Source of the DNA: Eledone cirrhosa
Taxonomy: Eukaryota
Length of the DNA stretch: 64,000 nucleotides
Assembly: GCA_964016885.1 (NCBI GenBank)
Contig: CAXHJY010000154.1
Location: 62,001 to 126,000, forward strand
Direction of reading: 5' to 3'
Shown here: positions 1 through 13,009 of the stretch, in pieces
Numbering within the stretch: position 1 is the first letter of the stretch
How the letters are laid out: the number at the start of each line of letters is the position of its first letter
Notes under the pieces: generated by a model
The model's database searches: none
Seen by the model: only the letters and a program-made list of their open reading frames with translations
What the model was told of the DNA's origin: nothing
Program-made: the position numbers and the translations under genes

Positions 1-281
<281 letters not shown>

Positions 282-577
282 GAAAGTAAGTCCAAAGAAT
301 CATTAGATAAAATATATACAGTATTTAACATCCCAATCAGTATAAATCAACCACACAAAAAATCATTTAAACGAGGCTATAAGTTTAAAATGTACTTATG
401 AAGAAACAATAGATAAATGATATAGCTCCTTATCCGCGACTTATAGCTACAAAAAATTTACCTAATATTTCTATTAGCCTGTAGAAATTGACTAGACATA
501 TAGTTAACTACACATAATTAGGTACAAAATTAAAGTTAGAAGAAAAAATGTACATAAACTTTACCAAAATCTTATTA

Positions 578-667
578 ATATCTCTACCACCCAGCAGTTT
601 CGTTCACTTTTTGGATATATCCGATCTTGGATAAATCAATGAGGTTTGGAACTCATCAGGAGTTAAC
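578..667 (-). ncRNA. Type I hammerhead ribozyme motif
   Basis: Minus strand: CTC-CTGATGA-GTTC[~43 nt loop]GAAC-GAAA-CTGC tgg GTG-GTA|GAG. Core is intact, stem II is GTTC/GAAC, stem III has G-U pairs, stem I is CTC/GAG; predicted cut between 585 and 584. Confidence 0.7.
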
Positions 668-2021
668 TCAATTTGACAAAGATTTTTCTATCATGATCCC
701 CGCCAGAAATGAATTCAAAATGGCTAAGAATCATCACGTGGCCAGTGGTCAAGGCAGAAAGTTTGTGATTGGTGCCTGTCGGCGAGTAGGCTGGTTGCTA
801 GAAAGCGCAACCGAATACTGCCTACCATTTTTACTGACAAGGAATTGGTCAACTTGAAGCTATAGTAGAAAACACTTTCCCAAGGTGCACACAGTGGGAC
901 TGATGTGTTCACCTAAGTAGGTAACAGAAGAAATATCACAAGGCATCTTATCTGATGTTTTTATCATTTAGCCATTTTTTGACCTCAGATTGGTTCTTCA
1001 GTTATTGACTCTGGAAGAATGAAAGGCAACATTCAACATGGCAGGATCTGAACTGAGGAAGCAAGGACTTGAACAAATACTGCAATCTTTCTACTAATTT
1101 GTTGAATTTATGAATAAGTAAAAAATTACTTTCAGGTTTAATTTAGAATAAGATTGATAGCAGAACCAGACTACTTTCTAATTCTGTAGTTTTATAAATG
1201 TCATAAATACAATATTAGTTATTCTTATCAGCTTCAACTTGGCTTATGAAAAAATGCTGCCTTAAACTTCTCAATTGATAAGCAAAGAAGAAAACTGAAA
1301 AGTTTCCAAAGAGGTCAAAATAGAAGGTGTGTTCTATTTTAGGGATGAATGTTAGTAAGTTTTAATTGGATATTTATTTTGTTTGATGGCCGCTAGCTAG
1401 ATTTCTTAATATTGGATGAAAGCCAGTTGCATTGCCAACAATTGGACTTTACAAGATTAGCAAGACTTTATTTATACTGAATTATCTATCACAAAGAAAA
1501 ATAAATTTAGAACAGCAATGAAAATGTCAATAATTCTATATTTTCAATTTATACATTTTTTGAATTCTCATAGAGATAGATAAATTAGATAATTAAGTGT
1601 TCTAATTCTGGGGTGAGACCAAAAATATGTTTGTCTATAGATATTGGCTGCTTTAATGTTTTCATTAATTTGTTAAGACAGAGTTTATAAAATTCCAAAA
1701 ATATTGTTATAAAGCAGCTTTTTCCCCACGAAACTCCATGGTTTCCTGTAAAACTAAACTGTTAAACTGTCGTTTTTATATCTTTGGAATGTATTGTAAT
1801 CTATTTATTTGATTAGTAAACTTTAAATTTTATAATTTCTATTATATATTATCAATGCAATTATCTAATTTTATTAGATGAAGGCATTTGCATACATTTC
1901 TGTTTATCTATATATCATCCATTTTATGTCTATTTTTCCATGCTAGCATGAGTTGGATGAGAATTTTGGGGTTAGATTCCCATCCTGACACATGGAATAT
2001 AAACAAATATCCCAGCATTGT

Positions 2022-2192
2022 ATGATTGGTACTATCGGTAGAGCATCAGACACCATGCTTTGCAGCATAGAGTCACGGCCTTTTACATTCTGAGTTCAAA
2101 TCCCACCGAGGTTAACTTATGGGTTGATAAAATAAAGCACCACTAATGCACTGGAGTAATTGATGGCTTTGTGCCAAAAGTAGAAACAATTA
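2022..2192 (+). mobile_element. tRNA-derived SINE, family A (degenerate copy)
   Basis: Box A-like TGGTACTATCGG and box B GAGTTCAAATCCC; 3' part GATAAAATAAAG...AAAGTAGAAACAATTAT matches the copies at 11036, 19636 and 56770. Confidence 0.8.
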
Positions 2193-3726
2193 TACGATTG
2201 AGATTTCATTTATTATTTGCCTTGACTTGCAAAACATGGAAACATTTCCCATCCAGCTTGCCTACAAAGATGTTTATTGCTCCTTGCTTTAAATGTTAGT
2301 AAAATAAGTATGAATCATGCAATACTACTGATTTTTTTTCATTTTATGAAATTAGTAGTCATTCAAGTATTTGTTAATCTGTTTTGGAGTAATATTTCTT
2401 ACATGAATGCTAAGTCTATCTAGTCAAGTTGAGTAAATTTAGGTCATAGTTAATGTCTTAGTTTTGATTAGTTTTATCCCCACCCTTATCTATGAGTGGC
2501 AATCCTGGACTCTGAGCTAAATCTCCCAACTTGTGTGATGTGATGACTTTGGTGAGTTGTTGGCAGAATAATGATAATAATATTATTATAGGTACAGGCA
2601 TGGCAGTATAGTTAAGAACCACACCGTTTCAGGTTAAATCCAGTGCATTACACCTTTGGAAAGTGTCTTCCAGTATTGCCTCTGAGCTGAACTTGGTACT
2701 TGGAAACTGTAAAGAGGTTCATCTTATATGTGTATGTTTGTATGTGTGAGTGTGCATTTGCCAATTGTTGTGAATGTCATATCAACACTGTTTATAAAGC
2801 CTATAGAGGTAGTTGTTTGTGTCATCCACAAACAATATATCAAGCAGTGTAGCATTTTGATAAAATATTAGCGACATACACCATACATAGAATAAGGTAT
2901 GGGTTGGCTTCAGGAAGGTCAACTGACCATAGAAGTTTTGCTAGAAAAGATCTCATCTTAACCATGCAAACAGCAGAAAACAAGAAATACTAAAGGATGT
3001 TGATGATGATGAAATATTGATTGTCTCGTGAAACCTCAGAATTTGTACACACTTTCAAAAAAACTGGTAAAGACATATCCCTTAGTTATCAAATGATATA
3101 TTGGCATATCAACTGAAAGAATACAATGAGGAATTTAGGTTAGAATTTGGGTGTAACAGAGATCAAGGTTTCCATTTGCTTTTGGTATTAAATTTCTCAC
3201 ATTTGTTTAATTTACCAGAAGTTGCCTCTGGTACAGTTCCAATTAAATGATGACCTTCTATAGCTGAACAATATTTGTTTTATTGTGTCATTGTAATAAC
3301 CAAAAGTGTTAAACACACTAATTATTTTGAAAATTTTGATTCAATATATTTTCTATTATATTTCTTCTATTTATATTTAACTTTGCTATACAAGAATATA
3401 TGGGTATACAACAGCATTTTACTTGTAGGTTTCATGACTAATTTCTCCCTGTTGCCCTATCGGCTGCATCCTCCCTCACCAATTCTTTGGCTTTTATTTC
3501 TCCCTTAATCATCTTTAGCCATGCCTTTCTTGGTCTTCCCCTTCTACATACATTTCCATCACTTCTTTCACCCAGTCACTTTTGTCCTTCCTCAGTACAT
3601 GACCCAGGCATCTCATTTCATTTCTCTTCACAACATTCATTAATTCTATTCCCATCATCCTCTCTGCAAATCATTGTATGTGTGTGTGTATATATATGTG
3701 TGTATATATATGTATTTATATATATG

Positions 3727-3776
<50 letters not shown>

Positions 3777-3789
3777 AGACATATAGTTT

Positions 3790-4200
3790 ATAGTGTTGAT
3801 CTAGAAAAAGCCTTTGATATTATCTGGTGCTCCTTAACGAAATTAGGTGTAGAGGAATGGCTTGTGAGAGCAGTGCAAGCCATGTACAGGGGAGCTGTCA
3901 GTAAAGTGAGAGTAGAAGGTGAGTTTAGTGAGGAATTCAAAGTACAGGTAGGAGTTTATCAAGGTTCAGTTCTTAGCCCACTGCTGTTCACCATAGTTCT
4001 CAGGCCATAACAGAGGAGTTTAAAATAGAGTAAGGATAGATGAAAAAAGTTTAGAGAGCTACTCCCATTGTTGACCACAAAAGGTTTCTCTCTACATACA
4101 AAAGGGTGACTGCATGATGCCCGTGTGCAAAGTACGATGCTGCATGGTAGTGAAACATGGGACATGGGTTGACTGGAGAGAAATGAAGTAACCATGCTTC
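3790..4200 (+). mobile_element. RTE LINE RT fragment, internally deleted
   Basis: Encodes VDLEKAFD...LGVEEWLVRAVQAMY...GVYQGSVLSPLLF, then jumps to the KKFRELLPLLTTKGFSL and LHGSETW region; homologous to 44880-45790. Confidence 0.9.
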
Positions 4201-5186
4201 GTTTAATGAGCTTGAAGGAGTATTTTAAGGCCAGCTTCCCTACTAAAGTCATGCCAAGATCAACTTTACCTTTCATAATCCCGAGGTCAATAAAGTATCA
4301 GTCCAATAATGAAGTTGATTCTTCCTCTAAAGCTGTTTCTCACTTTCTCTCTATCTTTCCTTGGAAGAAATTGGCTATTATCTAGAATGAAATTGGCATT
4401 ATTGCTCTACCATAGTTTAACGGTCAGAAATCTATGGAAGTCTTTTCCATTTCCTACTCTTTATTGCATTTCATCGCATTTAGAAATTCCTTGCCAGGTT
4501 TAACCCTATATTTACTATTGTATTTTCGCAGTAAAAGCTTTACCTCACATAATTATCTCACATTATATCGAATCTATGAGATTTTGATATCAAGCTGGAT
4601 ATGGCCAGTTATATGCTAAAGGGTTAAATACCTATGACATGCTGTATATCACCTTGGTGCCCTACAACTCAATCAGGAGTTTGGGCCCATGTACAATTAT
4701 ATATGGTTAGAAAAATTCTAAAAATAATACTTGGATTCCAATGGAAATGACACTGCAGGTCATGAAACTAAAGGTCAATAAGATTATTGATATTACACAA
4801 TCTTGACCTGTGTAAGTGTGTGTATATATATGTGACCATTACATGTGAGTGTATATATTTATGGGTGTATGTGTATCTCTAGTTTTTGCTGTAACACTGT
4901 GTATTTATATATGTGTATGTATAAGTGCCTGTGTGTGTGCATATTGGCATGATTATACTTCAGACATGTCTATGTGTGTACATTAGTATGAATATATGTA
5001 TGAATTTAATATCATTATTGACAGAATGTGCAAACTAGTTAAAATATAGTGATTGAAATAGAACATTTATATATGATGTGTATATATTCAGAATTTAAAG
5101 GAGGAGAATCAAGTAACATTCGAGATTTGAATATATTTTTCTACTTTTGATATATGTATATATATATGTGTGTGTGTGTGTGTGTT

Positions 5187-5227
<41 letters not shown>

Positions 5228-5229
5228 TG

Positions 5230-5345
5230 AAGATGCATGGCTGAGTGGCTAGAGAATTGGATTCACAACCGTGAGGTGAGTGCGATTCCTGGACCGGGCG
5301 ATGCGTTATGTCCTTGAGCAAGACACTTTATTTCATATTGCTCCT
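5230..5345 (+). mobile_element. SINE family B head and central domain
   Basis: TGGCTGAGTGG box A, then TCCTTGAGCAAGACACTTTATTTCA shared with the SINE at 20782. Confidence 0.7.
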
Positions 5346-6199
5346 TCTGACTGGATTTGCGACCAGTAGATAGCATTAGCAATTGGAAAGACCGATGTAA
5401 ACATTGTGTCCTCGGTTTGATTTGTTGGGCTCCACTCCATTCCTTAAGTGAGTGAGGTGTGGGATCTTGTTGATCGACTGTCGATATATATATGCGTGTA
5501 TGTGTGTAAATATATAGACAGATAGATATTAAATAGGCACAAACATGGCTGTGTGGTTAAGATGTTCACTTTGCAACCATGCATTTTTGAAATTAGTCCC
5601 TCTGCATAGAGAGATTTTGAAATATAACTTTTTCTTTATTAAGCTGGTGTTTGGGACATAAATTAACAAGTGTTCTTACATAAAATTGTGACAAGGTTTT
5701 AAGATGAATATAAATATTTAAAAACTAACAGTTTTGTTTTATAGAACCAATGGTGGTTTCAGGCAGTCTGGTATAAAAAAAAAATATATATATATATATG
5801 TTTGGATATCTTTGACTCTGTTAGACATTTTTATTTTATATTCAGAATATATGTAATAGAGTTGAGTTTTATTTAACTCTTTAGCATTTACATTACCCTA
5901 TATCTACTATTATAATTTTGTGGTAAAGGCTATACCTTACATAATTATCTCACATAATATTGAATCTATGAGATTTTGATATTATTTATTTGGTGTACAA
6001 TACCTTAACATTATTATGAGCAGCTAGTTACGGCCAGTTTGAGCAGAAAGAGGTGAGAGAATTATCACTGGATATGGCCGGTTTATATGTTAAAGGGTTA
6101 AAAGAATCTTTCGAAATTGTTATTATTCACATATATTATTTGATAGTTTTGTAACAGTTTGGACAAAGACTAAAAATACTGTAACTAAAATCGTTGAAG

Positions 6200-6381
6200 A
6201 GTGGTCGTAGTGGCGGTGGTGGTGGTGGTGATGGCGTTAGTAGTTGTCGAGGTGGTGGTGGTGGTGGTGGCAGCAATAGTAATGGTTGTATTAGTAATAG
6301 TAGCATCATTTATAGTAATAGTAGTAGTAAAGGTGGTGGTAGTAGTAGTGGTGTTATTGGTAGTAGTAGCAGTAGTTGTTG
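6200..6381. repeat. (GGT)n/(AGT)n low-complexity trinucleotide repeat
   Basis: Read directly from the sequence. Confidence 0.95.
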
Positions 6382-8035
6382 CTTTATTTTTTTTTACTTT
6401 CTCCTGATTATCTTCGAAATTATGTTGCTTCTGAACAAAATATAACATAGATATTTGTATAATGAATCTGATATGTCTAGTAGCAATGGTTTCTATACAT
6501 TACTATTACTTCTTACTAATGGTATTATTTCTCAAATTAAACTGACTTTTCCTTGCCCTTGCTTCTATCAAGATTAATATAACTATTTTGACTTCTGTAA
6601 TCCTTCTGATACCAAACCGCTTGAAACTGCTTCTCATTCTATGATACCAAGCTGTTTTAAAGTATTTATATTTATCTAAAAACCTTATATCATAATTTTA
6701 TGGAAGAACCTTTGTTAAGTTATATTTCAAACACCAGCTTAATAGTGAGGCAATTATCTGGACAAATCCCTCCAGATCTTGATTATTTTCAAATTGATTT
6801 GAAAATAATTCAGTGTCTTTTAGTAAGAAATTTGGTAAGCTCTGTCGAAAATAATATAAACAGACTGTTTAATCAACTTGTATTAGCATTAGAATTGATA
6901 TCTCAACAGATCTCATTATAAATATTATTGTTATTATTAACTACAAAAGTTTAAAATAATAAACTACAAATTCAAACCAGATGCAGTAGGTGCAGTACTT
7001 GTTTAAAAGACTGAAGAACTATCTAAACGTTGAAGACTATAAACCATTCCAGTAGTTTGCTGGAGGGTAATAAATATGTTTCTTACTTAGCTGGCCTAAT
7101 TGATACTGGTAAGAAAAGTTTGTGGATTGTGTAGTGTTTTTAGGGTGTGAGTTGGATAAGAGTTTGGTATGAGGGGTATAGCAATGAATGAAAGTGGAGA
7201 CTTGTGCAGTAAACCCAGAGGATTTGCAGTGAATGATGAGTATTACGTTGAGGTTGATCTCACAGATTGAGATGACTAAGAATTTTCAAAACAGAAGAGT
7301 TTCTGTATTTTATGCTTGCATATAGAAAGGAAGATCTTAAAATTATGTTGATGGTGATGAGGATAATGATGATGATGATGATGATGATGATGAAAAGCTT
7401 GGTATCATTTTCATCAGCCATTGCTGCTGTTATTATTAAGAAACAAATTTGAAATCAATCCCTTTAGTCTTAGTATAAATAATAATAATAATAATAATAA
7501 TGACAACTACATACATGCACACACACACATATATATGTATATACTAGATTGTAATCCTTAGTTGTAGTGGGTTATTTTTTCTATTTGTAGCAGTAAAACT
7601 ATTTCTTTTAAATGCTCTGTCAGCAGTTATAAATTAAATAATAATAGTCTGGTCAATTGTGACCAAACTGATTTAGTTTTAAAGGATGAGTTAAATGTTG
7701 TTACAGATGATGTTTACCAAATGATTTTGTTATGCATTGCTCTGACATAGTTGTAGTAAATATCAGTGTCACATGATCATGGTACTTATGGAATTTTTCA
7801 CTTTTTCTTAACTTCCTCTCTTTTAACATCTAAAGTATAACTGGGTAAAGAATGGGAACTCCTCTTTACCCCCCCCCCTCTCTCTCTCTCTCTAAAATGT
7901 TATCTTAAATACTCAGAAACTGTTAGGAACTTTATCGTGTTCACAGTAAATAAAACCTCTTAAACAGCCAGTAATCTTTGTCAACCATTTCATTGAGTTC
8001 TGATGATTCTGTCTGTCATTATTCAGTTTTTTTAC

Positions 8036-8286
8036 TTAACCATTTTGTTACCATATTTCTAATGAAAGACATTGCCTATGATTTTTAAATAATTGAGAAT
8101 TTGGAAGAATTTAGTGATATAATTAACTTAATTATTAAGTTGGTGTTTGGAATATAAAGGTTCTTATGTAACATTATGATGGTGAATTTTTAGATAAATG
8201 TAAACACTTTTAAATAAACAGTGTTATATCATAGAACTAGGGGCAGTTTCTGGCACTTTCAGACAGTTTGGTATCAAAAGGGTCAA
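8036..8286 (+). mobile_element. piggyBac-like TTAA MITE, family P1 (about 250 bp)
   Basis: TTAA-CCATTTTGTTACCA...TGGTATCAAAAGGG-TCAA; the same internal sequence recurs more than 10 times in the window. Confidence 0.75.
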
Positions 8287-8800
8287 TGTGTCACTTTGAA
8301 AAAAGACCAAATTAGCAGAGCCACTAGAACATCAAATAGGATGTTTTACAGCAAAGGTTCTCAACGGGGGGCATATGCACCCCCGGGGTCGTTTCGGAAC
8401 TCCAGAGGGGCGTTTAGGAGCAAGGGGGCGTTAGGGGGGCGTTTAGAGCTTTGAGGGGCGCTGGAAGGCTCTTTACTTTGGTAAGTTTTATAAGCCATAT
8501 TTGTATGTCTTTGAGACAGCCAGTGTAAATGCATTTGAATGAGCATGCAGACAGCATAACTATGGTCTGACCGCAGGTGTGTCTAGACATTAACCGGTAA
8601 TTGAGATCCTAAAAATGGAAAAACCCACAGTAAACTGGGTCAAGGACACTTTGAGCGCAGCCTGTTAGAATCTTGTCTTTCCTTCACAATGTATTTCATG
8701 TCTGAAGTTAATGACTCAACCGTAACGAGTTAACACTATGTAGATCTATTTTATTCCCTATTGTATAAATAATATTACAAATAAAAAAAGAAAAGAAAAA

Positions 8801-9207
8801 ACACAGAAGCGGGTAGCACACACATCTAGGACCACATACAACACATAATCAGAAAATACACACATCTAGGACCACCTACAACACATAAGGAGGTAATACA
8901 TACATCTAGCACTACATACAATACACAGGCAGGTAATACATACATCTAGGACCACATACAACACATAAGCAGGTAATACAAACATCTAGGACCATATACA
9001 ACAGATAATCAGGTAATACATACATCTAGGACCACATACAACACATAAGGAGGTAATACGCACATCTAGGACCACATACAACACACAAGCAGGTAATACA
9101 TACAGCTAGGACCACATGCAATACATAAGCAGGTAATACATACATCTAGGACTACATACAACACACAGGCAGGTAATACATACATCTAGGACCACATACA
9201 ACACACA
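8801..9207. repeat. 40-bp minisatellite, about 10 copies
   Basis: Unit TACATCTAGGACCACATACAACACATAAGCAGGTAATACA in exact 40-nt register (8821, 8861 ... 9181). Confidence 0.97.
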
Positions 9208-9209
9208 TT

Positions 9210-10269
9210 GTATCATGTTCTACGGACGGCGCAAGAGCAATGGTCGGCCAACATAAGGGTTCCGTCACTCTTCTGAAGAGAGAAAATCTATCTGTATTTG
9301 CTGTTCATTGTGTCATTCATTGACAACACTTGGCTGCGAAGAAACTCAGCGAGCCGCTGAGCAAGTCCTTGCAGGTGGCCATTGATGTCATCAATTCTAT
9401 CAAACGGCATTCCCTCAATGAACGAATTTTCCAGCAACTGTGCCAAGATAATGACGAAGAATTCGTCAAGTTGCTCCTTCATACTGAAGTGAGGTGGCTT
9501 TCAAAGGGCAAGTGCCTTACTCACTTCTTTGAACTCTTCGATTCTATCATTGAGTTTCTGCGAGGATGCAACACAGAACTGTACAAGAAAACCCTCGATG
9601 TGAGGCAAGACTGCGCCTACCTCACCGACATCTTCGACAAATGCAATAGCGTCATTTTGGCTTTGCAGGGGAAGATCACCTTGCTTAAAACAAGGAATGC
9701 TGTGAAAACATTCCTGGCCAAATTGAGTGTCATCGAAAAGAATCATTGTTGACGGGAATTCTATAATTTTCCTAGTGCCGCCAATGTTCAAAACATTGTA
9801 AGCAATGACCAACTCCAAATTTATACCACTCACCTCCGTGTGCTACAAGACAACATGAGAAAACGGTTTGTCGACCTTTTGCAGATGGACATCCCAATGT
9901 GGATAGCAGATCACTTCATAGCTACCGTCGATGATTTGAACGTTAAATTTCAGGAAGAATTCATTGAACTTCAAGCAGATGACATGATCAAAATTAGATT
10001 TCCCAAAATAGGTGAACCCCTTTTTGGGATGCAAGAGGAAATTCACCGTCGATTTCCACACCTACATGCAGACGCTAAGAGATTTTCTCCGCCTTTTCCA
10101 AGCTCATACTTAGTTGAGAGGGGGGTTTGGCACTGTTTCCAGACTGTACAGTAAGGCTTGCAACCGCTACAATGTAATTACGCGTGGAGATCTCCGGCTA
10201 CATCTTACGAAAATCCAGCCTGGCGTCAAAGAGTTAGCTAGACTTCATGAAGCTCAAGGGTCCCATTGA
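9210..10269 (+). pseudogene. Buster/ZBED5/SCAND3-like hAT transposase remnant (C-terminal part)
   Basis: CSTDGARAMVG, HCVIH*QHL, LLLHTEVRWLSKG, FPSSYLVERG and terminal HEAQGSH*; in-frame stops and a frameshift; N-terminus absent. Confidence 0.93.
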
Positions 10270-11035
10270 AATGAGGTCAAAGTTAAAGTAAGTTGATTTA
10301 TACGAAAACTTGGATATGCTATTGTTACAAAGCAAACTAACAATTTTTTTATTTGTAGTTGCAGTCTGACTGGACTGGAAACCATCTACTACAATTCACT
10401 TACTCATTTGTTGTATATATTTTACCATTTACTAATAAATATACCCTCTTACGTGGTCATGAAAACCCTCTTTCGGGGTCTCTAAGCTCACAAAGCAGAG
10501 GGGACATCAAGTTAGATATCAACATTTATCCTGTCCATTTCATTAAAGGGAACATTGGAAAGCTTTTAAATGATATAATTGCCACTTTCTTCTAGATAAG
10601 AGCACTCTTTGGATAGACAGAGTTGCTCTTGTATAAATGTTCAAAATAGCTGGTATTGCCTGGTGGGAATATAACAAATTCAACTGGTCCTTATTCATAA
10701 AAAAGAACATTTATGTTCCTTTTTTTGAAATTTATATATTTCCTTTCAAGGAATGTATTTATACTCTCAGCTGCCTGAATATTGTTAATCAATTTTTTAG
10801 TAATCTACTGATATCAAAATCAGTAGTATATTGAAAAATAGAAACATAGGGTAGGAGGGGGCGTTTCGTGATTTCGAGGGACAAAAGGGGGCGTTTGGCC
10901 TAAATGGGTTGAGAACCTGTGTTTTACAGCATTTGCTCTGACGTTTTGCACTATGATCATGAATCTTGGGTATTGAATACAAGCAACAGAAATGGGGTTC
11001 ACCAAAGGGTCTTTGGCATAACGTTACTCAATAAT

Positions 11036-11226
11036 TGTTTCTACTTTAGGCACAAGGCCAGCAATTACCCAGTGCATTACTGGTACTTTATTTTATCGAC
11101 CCCGTAAGGATGAAAGGCAAAGTTAACCTCGGCGGGATTTGAACTCAGTCCGTAAAGGGACGTAACTGTGCTGCAAAGCATGGCGTCCGACCCTCTACCG
11201 ATACTGCCAATCCACCTTGCCTTAAG
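11036..11226 (-). mobile_element. tRNA-derived SINE family A, complete with TSD
   Basis: Minus-strand box A TGGCAGTATCGG and box B GAGTTCAAATCCC; 13-bp TSD GTTACTCAATAAT at 11023-11035 and 11227-11239. Confidence 0.92.
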
Positions 11227-11827
11227 GTTACTCAATAATGTTTGTAGAGCAGAGAGTTGCTCCAGGTAGAGCTGCTACTTCTCTGACTTCAGAAATCACA
11301 GCCCTGATATTAAGGGCATGTGGTTAGAATGTCTTAGGAAATCGCTGCACAGATTTTACGGGCTAAACTGCCAAGGTTAACTTTGCCTTTCAGCCTTTCG
11401 AGGTTGATGAATAAAGTACCAGTCCAATACTAGGGTTGCTCCTTCCTACCTCTTTCTTTTTATTTCTTTGGAAGAAATTGACCATGTTCTGACCTGGAAA
11501 GAGATGGGCTTTGCGAGGTTTCAAATGCCCTTACGACTTCATCAAGAGTTAAGGGCTTATGGATGGAATGTGTCACTTGGATTAGTTTGAATTATTCATC
11601 ATTCCACCATAATATGTTCTGCTTCTTTCCATATTGTATTGCATTCGAAATATTCCTCTTTCATTTCCTTTTAATGTCCTGAACTGCACAAAACCACATT
11701 AGCAAAACATTCTTGAAAAGTATGAAACAGCACTAAAACAGTTACAATATGGAAGTTATTTTAGCTACTTAAAACATAACAACAATTTTAACGTTACTAT
11801 ATATATATATAAATATATATATATGTA

Positions 11828-12250
11828 TCATTATCATCATCATCATCGTTTAAAGTCTATCTTCCACGCTAGCATGGGTTAAACAGGAATTGTCCCATTT
11901 GAAGTAAGATTGGTCGGGTGACTGTGTCTCGCTGCTCGTATAGGACTATCTGGCAGGTTTTCTATGGTTTGATGCCCTTCCTAACACCAACCACATTTAC
12001 CGTGTGGACTGGGAGCTTTTTATGTGTTACCTACACGACCACATTACAGCGTGGACTTTTTTTTTTCTTTTTTTTCCTTCTATCTTTCCTTCTTTTTTTT
12101 CCTTTTTTTTTCTTTTTTTTCCTTCTATCTTTCCTTCTTTTTTTTCCTTTTTTTTTCTTTCCTTCCTTTTTTTTTCTCTTCCCATTTTTTTTTTTTTTTT
12201 TTGTTGCTGCGACCTCATTAGTTTGGACTGGGTGTTGTGGTACCAACATT
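11828..12250 (-). mobile_element. RTE LINE 3' UTR fragment with (GAT)n tail and an internal T-rich expansion
   Basis: Reverse-complement match to 46230-46494; T-rich repeat at 12056-12203. Confidence 0.8.
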
Positions 12251-12329
12251 ATTATGTGTATATATATAACCTGGAATTTGCTGTTGAAAGTGCAAGAGCT
12301 CAGCTATTGGTCGCCAACTCTTTAATATA

Positions 12330-12369
<40 letters not shown>

Positions 12370-12380
12370 TACATACATAT

Positions 12381-12512
12381 ATCATTTATTTCTTGGTGCT
12401 TCAATTTTCATCACACTGTCTGCGACCCAGTTACTGACACAGTTCCATTGCAACGTGAGTGACCAGATCAGAGGCAGTGCAGAGAAAATTTTAACACCAA
12501 GAAATAAATGAT
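12381..12512. repeat. Foldback (MITE-like) inverted repeat
   Basis: ATCATTTATTTCTTGGTG versus CACCAAGAAATAAATGAT (18 bp perfect), extending imperfectly to arms of about 55 bp. Confidence 0.8.
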
Positions 12513-12901
12513 AAATAGAAAGTTAACAGCTTTTGTGTGTTTTAAATGACTACAATGGATCTTTTTTGCTGTAATTGCTTTAGTTTCATCACAGTCTCAT
12601 ATCAAGTCACATGTACAACTCTGAAATGAATATATTTATTTTTATACTAAAATCTATCATCACTAGTTTTATGTCAGCTTTTCCATGCTTGTATAGTTAA
12701 TTATATGAATGCTGATAACTGCTGTATTTCTTGGCATGGTATTCGTTTTTATCTTTTTCCAAAAGTAAGTCTGGAAAATTCACCCTTCGTCTTGGAAGCC
12801 AAAGATTATGTAAGTCATAGGTCTAAACTTAAATTTTCAAAATTTAGCAATTGCGTGTGTGTATCCATAACGTCAGAGCGTCTTTGGTGCTGGGAAATAT
12901 G

Positions 12902-12964
<63 letters not shown>

Positions 12965-13009
12965 ATATATAAATATTGTGTGTGTGTATATATATCATCT
13001 AAATCACAA

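Larger units (their letters stand above)
8352..10921 (+). mobile_element. hAT (Buster/Charlie group) DNA transposon, defective
   Basis: TIRs CAAAGGTTCTCAAC and GTTGAGAACCTGTG (13/14 match); perfect 8-bp TSD TTTTACAG at 8344-8351 and 10922-10929 fitting nnnTAnnn; GGGGGCG subterminal repeats at both ends. Confidence 0.95.

Noticed and set aside
8801-9207. 40-bp periodic array as a CRISPR
   Set aside because: Units are contiguous with no unique spacers; eukaryotic context and no cas genes. It is a minisatellite.
9330-10154. Domesticated ZBED5/SCAND3-like host gene
   Set aside because: Stops, a frameshift, the missing N-terminus and intact TIRs and TSD show a decayed transposon.
11036-11226. 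tRNA genes at A/B-box motifs
   Set aside because: No cloverleaf; the motifs are heads of multi-copy SINEs with TSDs.
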